The translations under genes and the position numbers were made by a program. From Dialister sp. (lineage in GTDB: Bacteria; Bacillota; Negativicutes; Veillonellales; Dialisteraceae), in assembly GCF_051885895.1 (NCBI RefSeq), contig NZ_JBJEXP010000079.1, forward strand, positions 58,146 to 122,145: 64,000 nt of DNA. The letters are read 5' to 3'. Below, piece after piece: positions 9,654 to 18,825 of this stretch (position 1 is the first letter of the stretch; every line of letters begins with the position of its first letter). The notes below the pieces were generated by a model. The model was not told where the DNA came from, did no database searches, and worked only from the letters and a program-made list of their open reading frames with translations.

Positions 9654-10814
9654 ATGGGTCTGTCTATCAGGGATATACTGATATTGGATTATTTTGACGG
9701 GAAACCGCTGCACCATCGGATACCGCCCTACAAACTGCATATCTACGGCGCCGATGCCAATACCCGGATAGATTCGCTCATGGAAGACGGATGGATACGG
9801 ACCAGCCGTCCCCAGGAAACGGTGAATATGCTGCCGGACAAGGCGCTTTCCGATTTTCTTAAACGCTACGGACTTTCCGGAGAAGGCACCCATGCGGAAC
9901 TGACAGGACGGGTCATTGCCAAAATACCGGAAAAGGACTACGCCCACGGAGTGCCACGGATCTATGTGCTTACCAAAGAAGGCAAAGCGGAAATCGGCCA
10001 TCATATGGCCTACGTGCTGAATGTACGGGAAAATTACGGACTGACGGAAGGGGAGATCGGAGAATCCCAGAATGCGCTGACCCAGCGGGGAGAGCCCTTC
10101 ACCGCCAGGGATATCCTGTACCGCGCATTCCAGCAGAAAATTGCCATTTATACCATGGCGGGGGAATGGTCAAAGCTTAGAAATATGTACTACACCGTGG
10201 CCAATTTCTATCTGCGTATCAAAGATAACGACAAGGCTCTGCCCTATCTGTACCTGGTATTTTTCATGGATATGTCCGGTATGGGCAATAAAAACAACCT
10301 GGTTCCCTACGAGAACCTCTTCCCCACCCAGAAGGGCATGATCCTTCTGATGGATGAAATCCGAAAAGAGCTGCATCTGACCATGGACGATGTGAAGACT
10401 TCCTTCCTTTCCTCCATTGCCCGCATGGCCCCGCGGCTTCCCTTTTCCTATTTTTCACCGCAGATGATGGCCTCCATGCTGCTGGAACGGCTCCGCGGAC
10501 GGGATTTCAACGGCACCCGGTATATTGCGGACCGCAATGTGCCGGATCCCTCCTCCAAGGCCTATCATTACGTGCCCTACGGCAGAAGCGAAGCCCGGGC
10601 GCCGCTTCGCCGCACACCGGTAGTGAAACCGAAAATCATGGCTCCTCCGGTACTGCGGATGCCTACCTTTACCGCTCCGCCCCCTTTCCGGCCCAGCGAA
10701 AATTCTGCCTCCCTGCCCCGTATTCCTAAGCCGGAACCGGAAAAGCCGGTCATGCCCAAGCCTTTGAAAAGAGAGAAAAAAGGAATACTGGCAAAGATCA
10801 GGGACCTGTTCTGA
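9654..10814 (+). CDS. Hypothetical protein: SAP-like helix-extension-helix, TPR-like helical core, Pro/Lys-rich tail
   Basis: GGAGG RBS; LSDFLKRYGLSGEGTHAELTGRV resembles SAP consensus; C-terminal PVVKPKIMAPP...PKPEPEKPVMPKP. Confidence 0.7.
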   Translation: MGLSIRDILILDYFDGKPLHHRIPPYKLHIYGADANTRIDSLMEDGWIRTSRPQETVNMLPDKALSDFLKRYGLSGEGTHAELTGRVIAKIPEKDYAHGVPRIYVLTKEGKAEIGHHMAYVLNVRENYGLTEGEIGESQNALTQRGEPFTARDILYRAFQQKIAIYTMAGEWSKLRNMYYTVANFYLRIKDNDKALPYLYLVFFMDMSGMGNKNNLVPYENLFPTQKGMILLMDEIRKELHLTMDDVKTSFLSSIARMAPRLPFSYFSPQMMASMLLERLRGRDFNGTRYIADRNVPDPSSKAYHYVPYGRSEARAPLRRTPVVKPKIMAPPVLRMPTFTAPPPFRPSENSASLPRIPKPEPEKPVMPKPLKREKKGILAKIRDLF

Positions 10815-10927
10815 ATGCTTCCGGGCGTGAAAAGCCGGTGAGCGGAAAAGGCAAATCCCTGCGGGATCTCCGGCCGCTGCTGGAATCCCTTTACAAAACC
10901 GCTTTCTTTTTGTAAAATAATACTAAT

Positions 10928-11004
10928 GCGTTTGTAGCTCAGCTGGATAGAGCAGCGGTTTCCTAAACCGTGTGTCGGGAGTTCGAATCTCCCCAAGCGC
11001 ACCA
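10928..11004 (+). tRNA. tRNA-Arg(CCT)
   Basis: GCGTTTG acceptor, TAGCTCAGCTGGATAGAGC D-arm, anticodon loop TTCCTAA, GTTCGAATC T-loop, encoded CCA; upstream TTTACA-N17-TAAAAT promoter. Confidence 0.97.
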
Positions 11005-11014
11005 CTATAAAATC

Positions 11015-11048
11015 AGCACTTTTGAGACTTCTCAAGAGTGCTTTTTTT
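11015..11048 (+). terminator. Intrinsic terminator after tRNA-Arg
   Basis: AGCACTTTTGAG / CTCAAGAGTGCT stem plus T-run. Confidence 0.8.
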
Positions 11049-11054
11049 ATTCAG

Positions 11055-11076
11055 CTGTCACTATAACTGTCACTAT
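11055..11076. repeat. Tandem direct 10-mer CTGTCACTAT x2 (integrase arm-type-like)
   Basis: CTGTCACTAT-AA-CTGTCACTAT, 50 bp after the tRNA 3' end in an AT-rich tract. Confidence 0.5.
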
Positions 11077-11327
11077 GAAGTGAGATGCCATGTTTTTATC
11101 AGTCATTTCCGACTCAACTATTAAACCATTCTAAGCCATTCATTTAACTTACTGTATCTGCATAATATATATATACTACTATGTTGCTATTGCATATTTT
11201 CTTTTCTAATGCATAAAAAAGACCTATTTCTACTTAAAGAAACAGGTCGTATTTTTCTTATCTGTGATTTGATATCTTTTTCTCTTTCACCATGTCATGT
11301 GAATTTCAGGGAACGGGCTCCCCTTTT

Positions 11328-12209
11328 CTATTTCCTTGCCACGGCGCCTACTGCCAGAATGATGAAAACCATGCCGGCCAGCTGCCAGAAGCTGAAAAGG
11401 AGGTGGAAGATGAAGAAGGAGAGGATGATGGAGGAGAGAGGCTCTATGGCGGAAATGATGCTGGCTTCCGTGGGAAGTATATAGGCCACGCTGCCGAGAT
11501 AAAGGACGAAGGAGCAGATGGTGCCGAAGAGGACTACGTAGGCGAAGGCCAGGAGCACCGGCGCATCGATGGTACCGGTGAAGGGCGTGAGAAGGGCCAC
11601 GGGGCAGAGGAAAAGAGAGGCCAGAAACATGCCCCAGCCTACGATCAGCGGCGCACCGTATTTCTTGATGATTTTCACCGGCTCCACGGTATAGAGGGCG
11701 CAGGCCAGAGCGGAGAGAAGGCCCCAGAAAAGGGCTTTCCCGGAAATGGCCAGATTTTCGAAATCACCGCCGGTAGCTATGAGGGCGGTGCCGGCTACGG
11801 CAAAGATCGTACAGAAGATTTCGACCATTCGAGGCCATCTTTTTTCAGAAATACAGTACCAGAAAATAATGAGGATGGGCATGAGGTACTCCAGAATGGT
11901 GGCGGTGGGCGCATTGCTGTAGCGGATGGAGGCAAAGTAGCAGTACTGGGTGCCCAGCATGCCGAAGGCGCCGAATATAAGAAGGGAGAGACGGTCCTTT
12001 TTGTCTTTCCAGATGGCAAAGGTTTTTCCATAGAGGAAATGGGTGATGAGCAGGAGCAGCAGCCCGGCGAATAAAAGACGGAAGAAGGTCAGCCATTCGG
12101 GAGCAATATTTTCATTAATGAGCAGAAACTGGCCTGCAATACCGCTGCTTCCCCAGAGCGCAGCACCGGTGGAGGCAAAAAGCAGCCCTTTTTTTCTATC
12201 ATGGGTCAT
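11328..12209 (-). CDS. DMT/EamA family transporter
   Basis: Two EamA repeats, about 10 TM helices, LWGSSG..., ASIISAIEP; start ATG 12209 after AGAAAGGA. Confidence 0.88.
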   Translation of the reverse strand: MTHDRKKGLLFASTGAALWGSSGIAGQFLLINENIAPEWLTFFRLLFAGLLLLLITHFLYGKTFAIWKDKKDRLSLLIFGAFGMLGTQYCYFASIRYSNAPTATILEYLMPILIIFWYCISEKRWPRMVEIFCTIFAVAGTALIATGGDFENLAISGKALFWGLLSALACALYTVEPVKIIKKYGAPLIVGWGMFLASLFLCPVALLTPFTGTIDAPVLLAFAYVVLFGTICSFVLYLGSVAYILPTEASIISAIEPLSSIILSFFIFHLLFSFWQLAGMVFIILAVGAVARK

Positions 12210-12327
12210 GAGATCATCCTTTCTCTGCCGTATTTTTAGTACATATATCATAGCAAATGGAAAAAGGGACTGCAAGAAAAGGGGATTATGGAGCAGGGGC
12301 CGCTGACAGAAAGCAGAAATCAGATGA

Positions 12328-12747
12328 TCATCGGGGGAGAAAGTCTCGGCTTTCCAGCTTATGCACCAGAGCCTGCACTTTCGAATCGATTTCCCGGATC
12401 ACGGCAAGGTACGCTTCATTTCCCCGGCCGGCGGGATCTTCCAGCTGCCAGTCTTCGTCAAAAGGGCGTCCCATCCACGGACAGCCTGCAAGGCAGCCCA
12501 TGGAGATCAGGATGTCAGCACGGGGAATCCGGTCAATGGATTTGGGCATCTGCTCTTTTTCCATATCGATATGGTACAGATCTTTCATCAGCTTCAGGGC
12601 AGCGGGGTCGATGCAGCCAGCCGGCTCGGTTCCGGCGGAGCAGCTTTCAAAAAGGGCGGCGCCGTACTTTCTGCCCAGGGCTTCCGCAATCTGGCTTCGG
12701 CAGGCATTGTGGGTGCAGATGAAAGCAACCAGCGGTTTATGATTCAT
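12328..12747 (-). CDS. arsC: Arsenate reductase (LMW-PTP fold)
   Basis: CTHNACRSQ P-loop, SAGTEP, SMGC...CP, WQLEDPAG; downstream of acr3. Confidence 0.92.
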   Translation of the reverse strand: MNHKPLVAFICTHNACRSQIAEALGRKYGAALFESCSAGTEPAGCIDPAALKLMKDLYHIDMEKEQMPKSIDRIPRADILISMGCLAGCPWMGRPFDEDWQLEDPAGRGNEAYLAVIREIDSKVQALVHKLESRDFLPR

Positions 12748-13804
12748 GAGGAAACCATCCTTTCGTACGGTTGGCGATTTTTACCAGTGTGAGCATGACA
12801 GGCACTTCGGTCAGTACGCCTACCGTGGTAGCCAGGGCGGCAGGGCTTGAAGCGCCGAAGAGAGCAGCGGCTGCAGCTACGGAAAGTTCAAAGAAATTGG
12901 AAGCGCCGATCATGCCGGCAGGAGCGGCAATGGAAAAGGGGAGCTTCAGCAGGAAGGAGGCGCCGTAGGCAGTCAGAAAGATGAGGAATGTCTGGATAAT
13001 AAGGGGAATGGCAATGAGCAGAATGTGAAGGGGATTGGAAAGGATGATGTCCGCCTGGGAGCTGAAGATGATGACCAGGGTGAGAAGAAGGCCTGCGGTG
13101 GCGGTGCTGTCAAATTTGTGGACAAAAACATTTTCCAGATAGTCCCTGCCCCGGTGTTTGATTACCAGGTACCGGGTAAGGACACCGCCGGCCAGAGGGA
13201 TGACCACGAAGAGGAAGATGCTGAGAAAGAGAATGTCATAGGGTACGGCCACCCGGGAAACACCAAGAAGGAATTTCACAATAGGTACGAAGGCGATCAG
13301 GATGATGAGATCGTTAGTGGCTACCTGCACCACCGTATAGGCGGGGTTTCCCTGGGTCAGGGTGCTCCATACGAATACCATGGCCGTACAGGGGGCGGCG
13401 CCCAGCAGTACAGCGCCTGCCAGGTACTGCCGGGCCAGGTCCGGCGGAATCAGCCCGGAAAACAGGTGAAAAAGGAAGAAGGCGGCAATCAGGTACATGG
13501 TGAAGGGCTTGATGAGCCAGTTCGTGATCCAGGTGACCAGCAGTCCTTTTCCATTCCTTCCTGCCTGCCGTATGCTTTGAAAATCCACTTTGATCATCAT
13601 GGGGTAAATCATGACCCAGATGAGGAGGGCAATGGGAAGAGATATGCCGTCTATCTGCATATAGCCCAGAACCCGGGGCAAAGCGGGAAGAAAATGGCCC
13701 AGGGCTGCGCCCAGTCCCATGCATAGCAGCACCCATAGGGTGAGGCCGCGCTGGAAGGAACTGATTCCTTTTTCTTTACCGGCAGCAGTACGCATCATGA
13801 TCAT
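12737..13804 (-). CDS. acr3: Arsenite efflux pump Acr3 (exact start among tandem ATGs uncertain)
   Basis: IYPMMIKVDF, GAAPCTAMVF, ASNFFELSVA, GVLTEVPVML. Confidence 0.95.
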   Translation of the reverse strand: MIMMRTAAGKEKGISSFQRGLTLWVLLCMGLGAALGHFLPALPRVLGYMQIDGISLPIALLIWVMIYPMMIKVDFQSIRQAGRNGKGLLVTWITNWLIKPFTMYLIAAFFLFHLFSGLIPPDLARQYLAGAVLLGAAPCTAMVFVWSTLTQGNPAYTVVQVATNDLIILIAFVPIVKFLLGVSRVAVPYDILFLSIFLFVVIPLAGGVLTRYLVIKHRGRDYLENVFVHKFDSTATAGLLLTLVIIFSSQADIILSNPLHILLIAIPLIIQTFLIFLTAYGASFLLKLPFSIAAPAGMIGASNFFELSVAAAAALFGASSPAALATTVGVLTEVPVMLTLVKIANRTKGWFPHES

Positions 13805-14090
13805 CTCCCGACTCTGTTACCTGAAAAAGATCCTGAATCATTGCGGCCAGTTCATTTCCCCTCTGCCTGTTCAGGGAATAGTAAACCCATTTTCCCTCTT
13901 TCCGGCTGTTTACCAGTCCTGCTTCACAGAGGACTTTCATATGATGGGACAAAGTGGGCTGGGAGAAATGAAGCCCCTCCAGAAGCACGCAGGCACAGCG
14001 TTCCCCATGCTGCAGCAGTTCCAGAATATGAAGCCTGTTTTCATCAGTTATAGCCTTCAGCATCATCATTCGTTCTTTTTTCAATTCCAT
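13776..14090 (-). CDS. arsR: ArsR/SmtB family repressor
   Basis: GERCAC, SQPTLSHHMKVL, RKEGKWVYY; GAGGAGG RBS before ATG 14090. Confidence 0.92.
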   Translation of the reverse strand: MELKKERMMMLKAITDENRLHILELLQHGERCACVLLEGLHFSQPTLSHHMKVLCEAGLVNSRKEGKWVYYSLNRQRGNELAAMIQDLFQVTESGDDHDAYCCR

Positions 14091-14101
14091 AGCGTCCTCC
14101 T

Positions 14102-14163
14102 CATATTCATCTACATCAATATGTAATAAAGCATAGCACATACATTTACGAACGTCAATATGT
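14102..14163 (-). promoter_or_regulatory. ars promoter with probable ArsR operators
   Basis: TTGACG-N17-TATGCT on minus strand; two ACATATTGA-starting copies, one over -35 and one downstream of -10 (the latter forming CATAT..ATATG inverted repeat). Confidence 0.6.
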
Positions 14164-14426
14164 GAAATGCATCGGCAGCACCGGCGGCATTTTTGAAGGC
14201 CTGCGGACCTTTCTTTCCGTAAACTCCGAACGGGGTCCGGCTCTTTTCCCCTTTTTTACAAAATATCCGGATTTGTTACTTTTTTGATGATTTTATGGAA
14301 TTTCTAATTTTAATTTTTCTTTTCCTGTACAAATCCCTTTCACGGCTGTTTCATTTTTTCTCTATGATGGGATACAGAACAATAACAAAAGTGATGAATC
14401 ACTTCAAAAGTGGAAGGAGCAGAGGC

Positions 14427-16271
14427 ATGAAAAAAACTTGGATGAAAGCAGCAGTTTGCGGACTTCTTGCAGGAGGTGCCCTTTTAGGAGGCATGTTTCC
14501 TTCTGAGGCATCGGATATCCGGATTCTTCCGGTAGATACCGCCAAATTCTGGGCAGGGGCCCGTTTTGACTTTGATGTGGAAGTATCCAATGCTAAAAAT
14601 CTGCAGAATGTGGATGTAAAGGTCAACGGCATTCCTGCAGAAAAGTTTTTTGGCAAGAAGGCCGTAACGAAGGATCTGGGAAACGGAGTTACTTCCTACC
14701 GCATTGATGATGTGGATTTTGCCAAAACCGGTAAAATTGCAGTGACTGTGGAGGCGAAAGACAGCCTGGGCACTTCCGCTGCTTCGGCAGGCTATGAAGT
14801 CGTCCATGAAACCGCACCGAAGCGGGCGAAGAATGTAATTCTCTTCGTAGGTGACGGCATGTCCCTCCAGGCCAGAGAAGTGGCCCGCATTCTTTCCAAA
14901 GGAATGACCAACGGCAAGTACAATGACCTTCTGGCTATGGAAAAACTGGATCACAATGCGGTGATTACCACCTCCGGCTATGATTCCCTGGTAACGGACA
15001 GCGCCAACTCTGCATCCGCCTATGCAACCGGCCACAAATCCGTGGTCAATGCCATGGGCGTGTATGAAGATTCTACCAAGGATCCCTTCGATGATCCCAA
15101 GGTGGAAAATATTTCTGAAATTCTGAAACGGACCCGCGGCATGTCCATCGGTATCATTACCCAGGCGGAATCTACCGATGCTACACCGGCAGCCATGATC
15201 GGACACACCAGAAGAAGAGCCAACCAGGATTTCCTGGCCAAGAGCTATCTGGATGCCTATCACCGTCCGGATGTAATTATGGGCGGCGGTTCTTCCCGCT
15301 ATCTCCCCAAGTCGGTGCCCGGCTCCAAGAGAAAGGACAATGACAACATTATCCAGGATTTCAAGGATCTGGGATATACCTTTGTCACCAATTCCAAGGA
15401 AATGATGGCAGCACCGTCGGATAAACCCATGCTGGGCCTTTTCCACACAGGCACCATGAACGTCTACATTGACCGTGAAATGCTGAAGAATCCGAAAGTG
15501 CTCAAAGGCTTTGACGATCAGCCGAACCTCATGAATATGACTAAGAAATCCCTGGATATTCTCTCCAAGAATCCGAATGGCTTCTTTGCCATGATTGAAG
15601 GCGCATCCATTGATAAGCAGCTCCATGTCATGGACTGGCAGAGAGCGGCCTATGATACCATCGAATTCGACAAGTCCATTGAATATGCGGAAAAGTGGGC
15701 TAAGGAACACGGCGATGATACCCTCATCATTGTTCTGGCAGACCATGCTCACGGTATTTCCATCAGCGGCACCTATCATGAACGGGATGGGAAGAAGGGC
15801 ACTGAAGCGGTCCGCGTATATGCCAACTCCATATTCCCCACATTCAAGGATGCCGACCATGATGGATTCCCGGATAACCCCGATCCCGATGTGACTCTGG
15901 CAGTGCAGTATGCCAACCATCCGGAATATTATGAAAACTATCATTTCATGAAGACACCGACTCCTCCGGCTCTGGCAGTAACGGAGACAAAGGAAGAGGC
16001 AGTACAGAACGGAGACAAGGTGGAATACCACCAGGTATCCTCCGCTTCCTCCAAAGCCAACCCCGCCCGTATCCATCCGGGAGATCCGGCAGAACTGGTA
16101 CCGGCCAATACGCCGAAGGACGATCCCCAGGAATGCCATTCCGCCGATGATATCCTTCTCAATGCCGGCGGTCCGGGATCTGAATATTTCCATGGCACCA
16201 TGGATAATACGGAAGTCTTCTTCGGTATGATGAGAGCTCTTGGCATTGATGCCAATAAGAATAAGAAGTAA
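14427..16271 (+). CDS. phoA: Secreted alkaline phosphatase with extra N-terminal beta-rich domain
   Basis: Signal peptide; NVILFVGDGMS, VTDSANSASA (catalytic Ser), DATPAA, IEGASIDKQLH, LADHAH, HSADD. Confidence 0.9.
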   Translation: MKKTWMKAAVCGLLAGGALLGGMFPSEASDIRILPVDTAKFWAGARFDFDVEVSNAKNLQNVDVKVNGIPAEKFFGKKAVTKDLGNGVTSYRIDDVDFAKTGKIAVTVEAKDSLGTSAASAGYEVVHETAPKRAKNVILFVGDGMSLQAREVARILSKGMTNGKYNDLLAMEKLDHNAVITTSGYDSLVTDSANSASAYATGHKSVVNAMGVYEDSTKDPFDDPKVENISEILKRTRGMSIGIITQAESTDATPAAMIGHTRRRANQDFLAKSYLDAYHRPDVIMGGGSSRYLPKSVPGSKRKDNDNIIQDFKDLGYTFVTNSKEMMAAPSDKPMLGLFHTGTMNVYIDREMLKNPKVLKGFDDQPNLMNMTKKSLDILSKNPNGFFAMIEGASIDKQLHVMDWQRAAYDTIEFDKSIEYAEKWAKEHGDDTLIIVLADHAHGISISGTYHERDGKKGTEAVRVYANSIFPTFKDADHDGFPDNPDPDVTLAVQYANHPEYYENYHFMKTPTPPALAVTETKEEAVQNGDKVEYHQVSSASSKANPARIHPGDPAELVPANTPKDDPQECHSADDILLNAGGPGSEYFHGTMDNTEVFFGMMRALGIDANKNKK

Positions 16272-16306
16272 GGAATTCCCCTGCTTCTCTGGAGCTGTGA
16301 AAGCTT

Positions 16307-16738
16307 ATGAAACGCATTCTTTTGATTTCCTTTATGGCTGCAGCCCTGTTCCTGTCAGCTTCGGCGGCGGAAGCGGAAGAGTTATCCTTTGACGAAATTT
16401 ATTCCGCCTACTCCGCCGACGGCCTGACATTTTCGGACAAGACAAGGAGCCTTGAAGGCGGCACGGTGACCGTGTCAGGTTATATGGCACCGCCGCTGAC
16501 GCCGACCATACATTTCTTCGTGCTCACTGAAGTTCCTATGTCCGTCTGCCCCTTCTGTTCCAGTGACGCAGACTGGCCTGATAACATCATTGTCGTTAAA
16601 ATTGACGATCCCATAACAGCACTCCCATATGATACCCCCATTACCGTTACAGGCACTCTGGAGATAGGCAGTGAGACCGACGAAGAAACCGGATTTGTGA
16701 GCCAGCTTCGAATCCATGCGGATTCCATAGACAGCTGA
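16307..16738 (+). CDS. Secreted DUF3299/ZrgD-like protein
   Basis: Signal peptide; GYMAPP..., FVLTEVPMSVCPFC, ITVTGTLEIG. Confidence 0.7.
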   Translation: MKRILLISFMAAALFLSASAAEAEELSFDEIYSAYSADGLTFSDKTRSLEGGTVTVSGYMAPPLTPTIHFFVLTEVPMSVCPFCSSDADWPDNIIVVKIDDPITALPYDTPITVTGTLEIGSETDEETGFVSQLRIHADSIDS

Positions 16739-16906
16739 TTTCTCCGGCCGGAACCTCGTTTGAATAAAGAAAGCACTGTAACAGGTGCTTTTTTTGCTTA
16801 TGAAATCCTGCTGCCTCATGGGACCCGGGACGCCGCAGACTTCACCTGCCGGATATGCCCTCTGTCCCCTGTGGATGACAGGATTCAAAAATCAAAGGAG
16901 AGATCT

Positions 16907-17566
16907 ATGATAACCATCCAGAACCTGATCTGTGATTTCCCTGACGGAGACGGGAAGAAACTCCGCGCTCTTTCCGTCCCTTCCTTTTCATTAAAAGAGG
17001 GAGGCATGGCTGTGATTACCGGTCCGTCGGGAAGCGGAAAGACCACCTTTCTCCACTGCCTTTCCGGACTGCTGACTCCTTCCTGCGGGGATATACGGAT
17101 AGGGGATGTACATCTGTCCGACCTGTCTCCTGCGCAGCGGTGCGGCTTCCGTGCGGCGAAGGTGGGATATGTGTTTCAGAAGCCCCTTCTTCTTTCTTTT
17201 CTCACAGTGAAGGAGAATATCCTTCTTTCCGCATCCCTGGCAGGCAGAAGGCCGGAGGACCGGGAAATCAGCGATCTTCTTTCCCGTGTGGGGCTGGAAG
17301 GGCTGGAGGACAGAAAGGGAGACTGGCTTTCCGGCGGACAGCAGCAGCGGGTCTCTTTCCTTCGTGCGGTGATTCGAAAGCCTTCCCTGCTTCTGGCAGA
17401 TGAGCCTACCGCAGCCCTGGATGAAGAAAACGGAATGCGGCTGATGGATATGATGCTGGACTATCAGAAAGAAGCGGGCTGTTTCCTTCTCTGTGCTACC
17501 CATGATAAACGGGTGATGGACCGGTTTCCTGTCCGCTATGATGTGCAGAAAGGAGCATTTCTATGA
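16907..17566 (+). CDS. ABC transporter ATP-binding protein (LolD/MacB-type)
   Basis: GPSGSGKT, LSGGQQQR, LLADEPT; AAGGAG RBS before ATG 16907. Confidence 0.92.
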   Translation: MITIQNLICDFPDGDGKKLRALSVPSFSLKEGGMAVITGPSGSGKTTFLHCLSGLLTPSCGDIRIGDVHLSDLSPAQRCGFRAAKVGYVFQKPLLLSFLTVKENILLSASLAGRRPEDREISDLLSRVGLEGLEDRKGDWLSGGQQQRVSFLRAVIRKPSLLLADEPTAALDEENGMRLMDMMLDYQKEAGCFLLCATHDKRVMDRFPVRYDVQKGAFL

Positions 17567-18735
17567 TCAGGCTGGCATTTCTTTCTCTTTTCCGGCGCCC
17601 TCTCCGGCAGTTTCTTCTTTTTCTTCTCATTGCCGTTACGGCGGCGCTGCCTGTGTTTATCCTGCAGACGGCCGGCGGACTTTACGGCGGCATTAACCGG
17701 GCGGTAAGCCCTTTCCCCATCCTGGCCGGAGCCAGGGGTTCCGCCTACCAGCTGGTGCTGAATACTGTCTTTTTACGGGATCGGCCTATAGGAAATATTC
17801 CCTACGGAGAAATGGAGAAGCTGGAGGAAAGCGGCAGGACACAGGCAGTCTATCCCCTGGCCTTTGGCGATAATTACCGGGGCTTTCGCATCGCCGGCAC
17901 GGATCCGTCTCTTTTCAGCTACCGGCCTGTAAAAAATAAGGCACCCTGGCTGGAAATAGGGGAAGGGCAGGCTTTCCAGGAAGAAGGGGAAGCAGTCATC
18001 GGCAGCGAGACAGCCCGTCTGACCGGACTTAAAATAGGAGATACCTTCCAGTCTATCCATGGCAGTTCTTCCAAGGGACATGCCCACAATCATCCTTTCC
18101 GGGTGACAGGCATTCTGAAGCCTGTGGGAGGTCCCTACGATACGGCCATTTTTATTGATATGAAAGACGTATGGGAAGCCCATGGGGAAAACGAAGAAGC
18201 CCGTCGGGAGGTCACCGCTCTTCTGGTTGTGCCCAAAGGCTATAAGGAGGCCATGGAGCTTCTGGCTTCCTACCAGAAGAACAGGGATGTGCAGATGGTT
18301 TTCCCCTCCCAGTCTGTCATTTCCCTCTATGCTATGGTAGGGCAGACAAAGCATTTCTGGGAAATCTTTGTCACCGCTCTTCTGGCCATGTCTCTTCTGA
18401 TTACCCTTCTGGTCATGTACTGGAGCGGCCTTTCCCGGATAGGGGAACTGGCCCTGCTGGAAGCCCTGGGGGCAGGAAAAGGAAAAATCCGTCAGTTCCT
18501 TCTGGCAGAACAGGGGCTCCTGCTCCTGTTCGGAAGCTCCTGCGGCTGGCTTATGGGTTATGGAGCCAGTCTTCTGGCAGCCCGTATGGTATCAGGGGCC
18601 GCCGCCATTACCATGACGACTTCACCGGACTGGAGAGGATTTCTCATGATTCCTGCAGTTACCCTGATAGGTACCGCCGCAGGTCTCCTGCCTGCCTTTC
18701 TCCTGGGAAGAAAGGATGTATCGCCGTACCTGTGA
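17563..18735 (+). CDS. FtsX/MacB-like ABC permease with His-rich periplasmic loop
   Basis: 1+3 TM topology, HGSSSKGHAHNHPF; ATGA overlap with ATPase. Confidence 0.88.
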   Translation: MIRLAFLSLFRRPLRQFLLFLLIAVTAALPVFILQTAGGLYGGINRAVSPFPILAGARGSAYQLVLNTVFLRDRPIGNIPYGEMEKLEESGRTQAVYPLAFGDNYRGFRIAGTDPSLFSYRPVKNKAPWLEIGEGQAFQEEGEAVIGSETARLTGLKIGDTFQSIHGSSSKGHAHNHPFRVTGILKPVGGPYDTAIFIDMKDVWEAHGENEEARREVTALLVVPKGYKEAMELLASYQKNRDVQMVFPSQSVISLYAMVGQTKHFWEIFVTALLAMSLLITLLVMYWSGLSRIGELALLEALGAGKGKIRQFLLAEQGLLLLFGSSCGWLMGYGASLLAARMVSGAAAITMTTSPDWRGFLMIPAVTLIGTAAGLLPAFLLGRKDVSPYL

Positions 18736-18764
18736 GATACCGGCGGCAGCCGCAAAGCGGCCTC

Positions 18765-18794
18765 TTGACAAAATCGGCCCCGTGAGCCTATACT
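18765..18794 (+). promoter_or_regulatory. sigmaA promoter of aro leader/operon
   Basis: TTGACA-N18-TATACT. Confidence 0.75.
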
Positions 18795-18825
18795 AAACTA
18801 ACTTCTAACGAAAGGAGAGGGCACG

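Noticed and set aside
11209-11484. 91-aa ORF in the AT-rich tract after the tRNA
   Set aside because: No RBS, overlaps the EamA 3' end antisense, and no recognisable motif
14200-14426. Pho or Zur box upstream of phoA
   Set aside because: Only scattered TTTACA-like half-sites without proper spacing; no Zur-type palindrome seen
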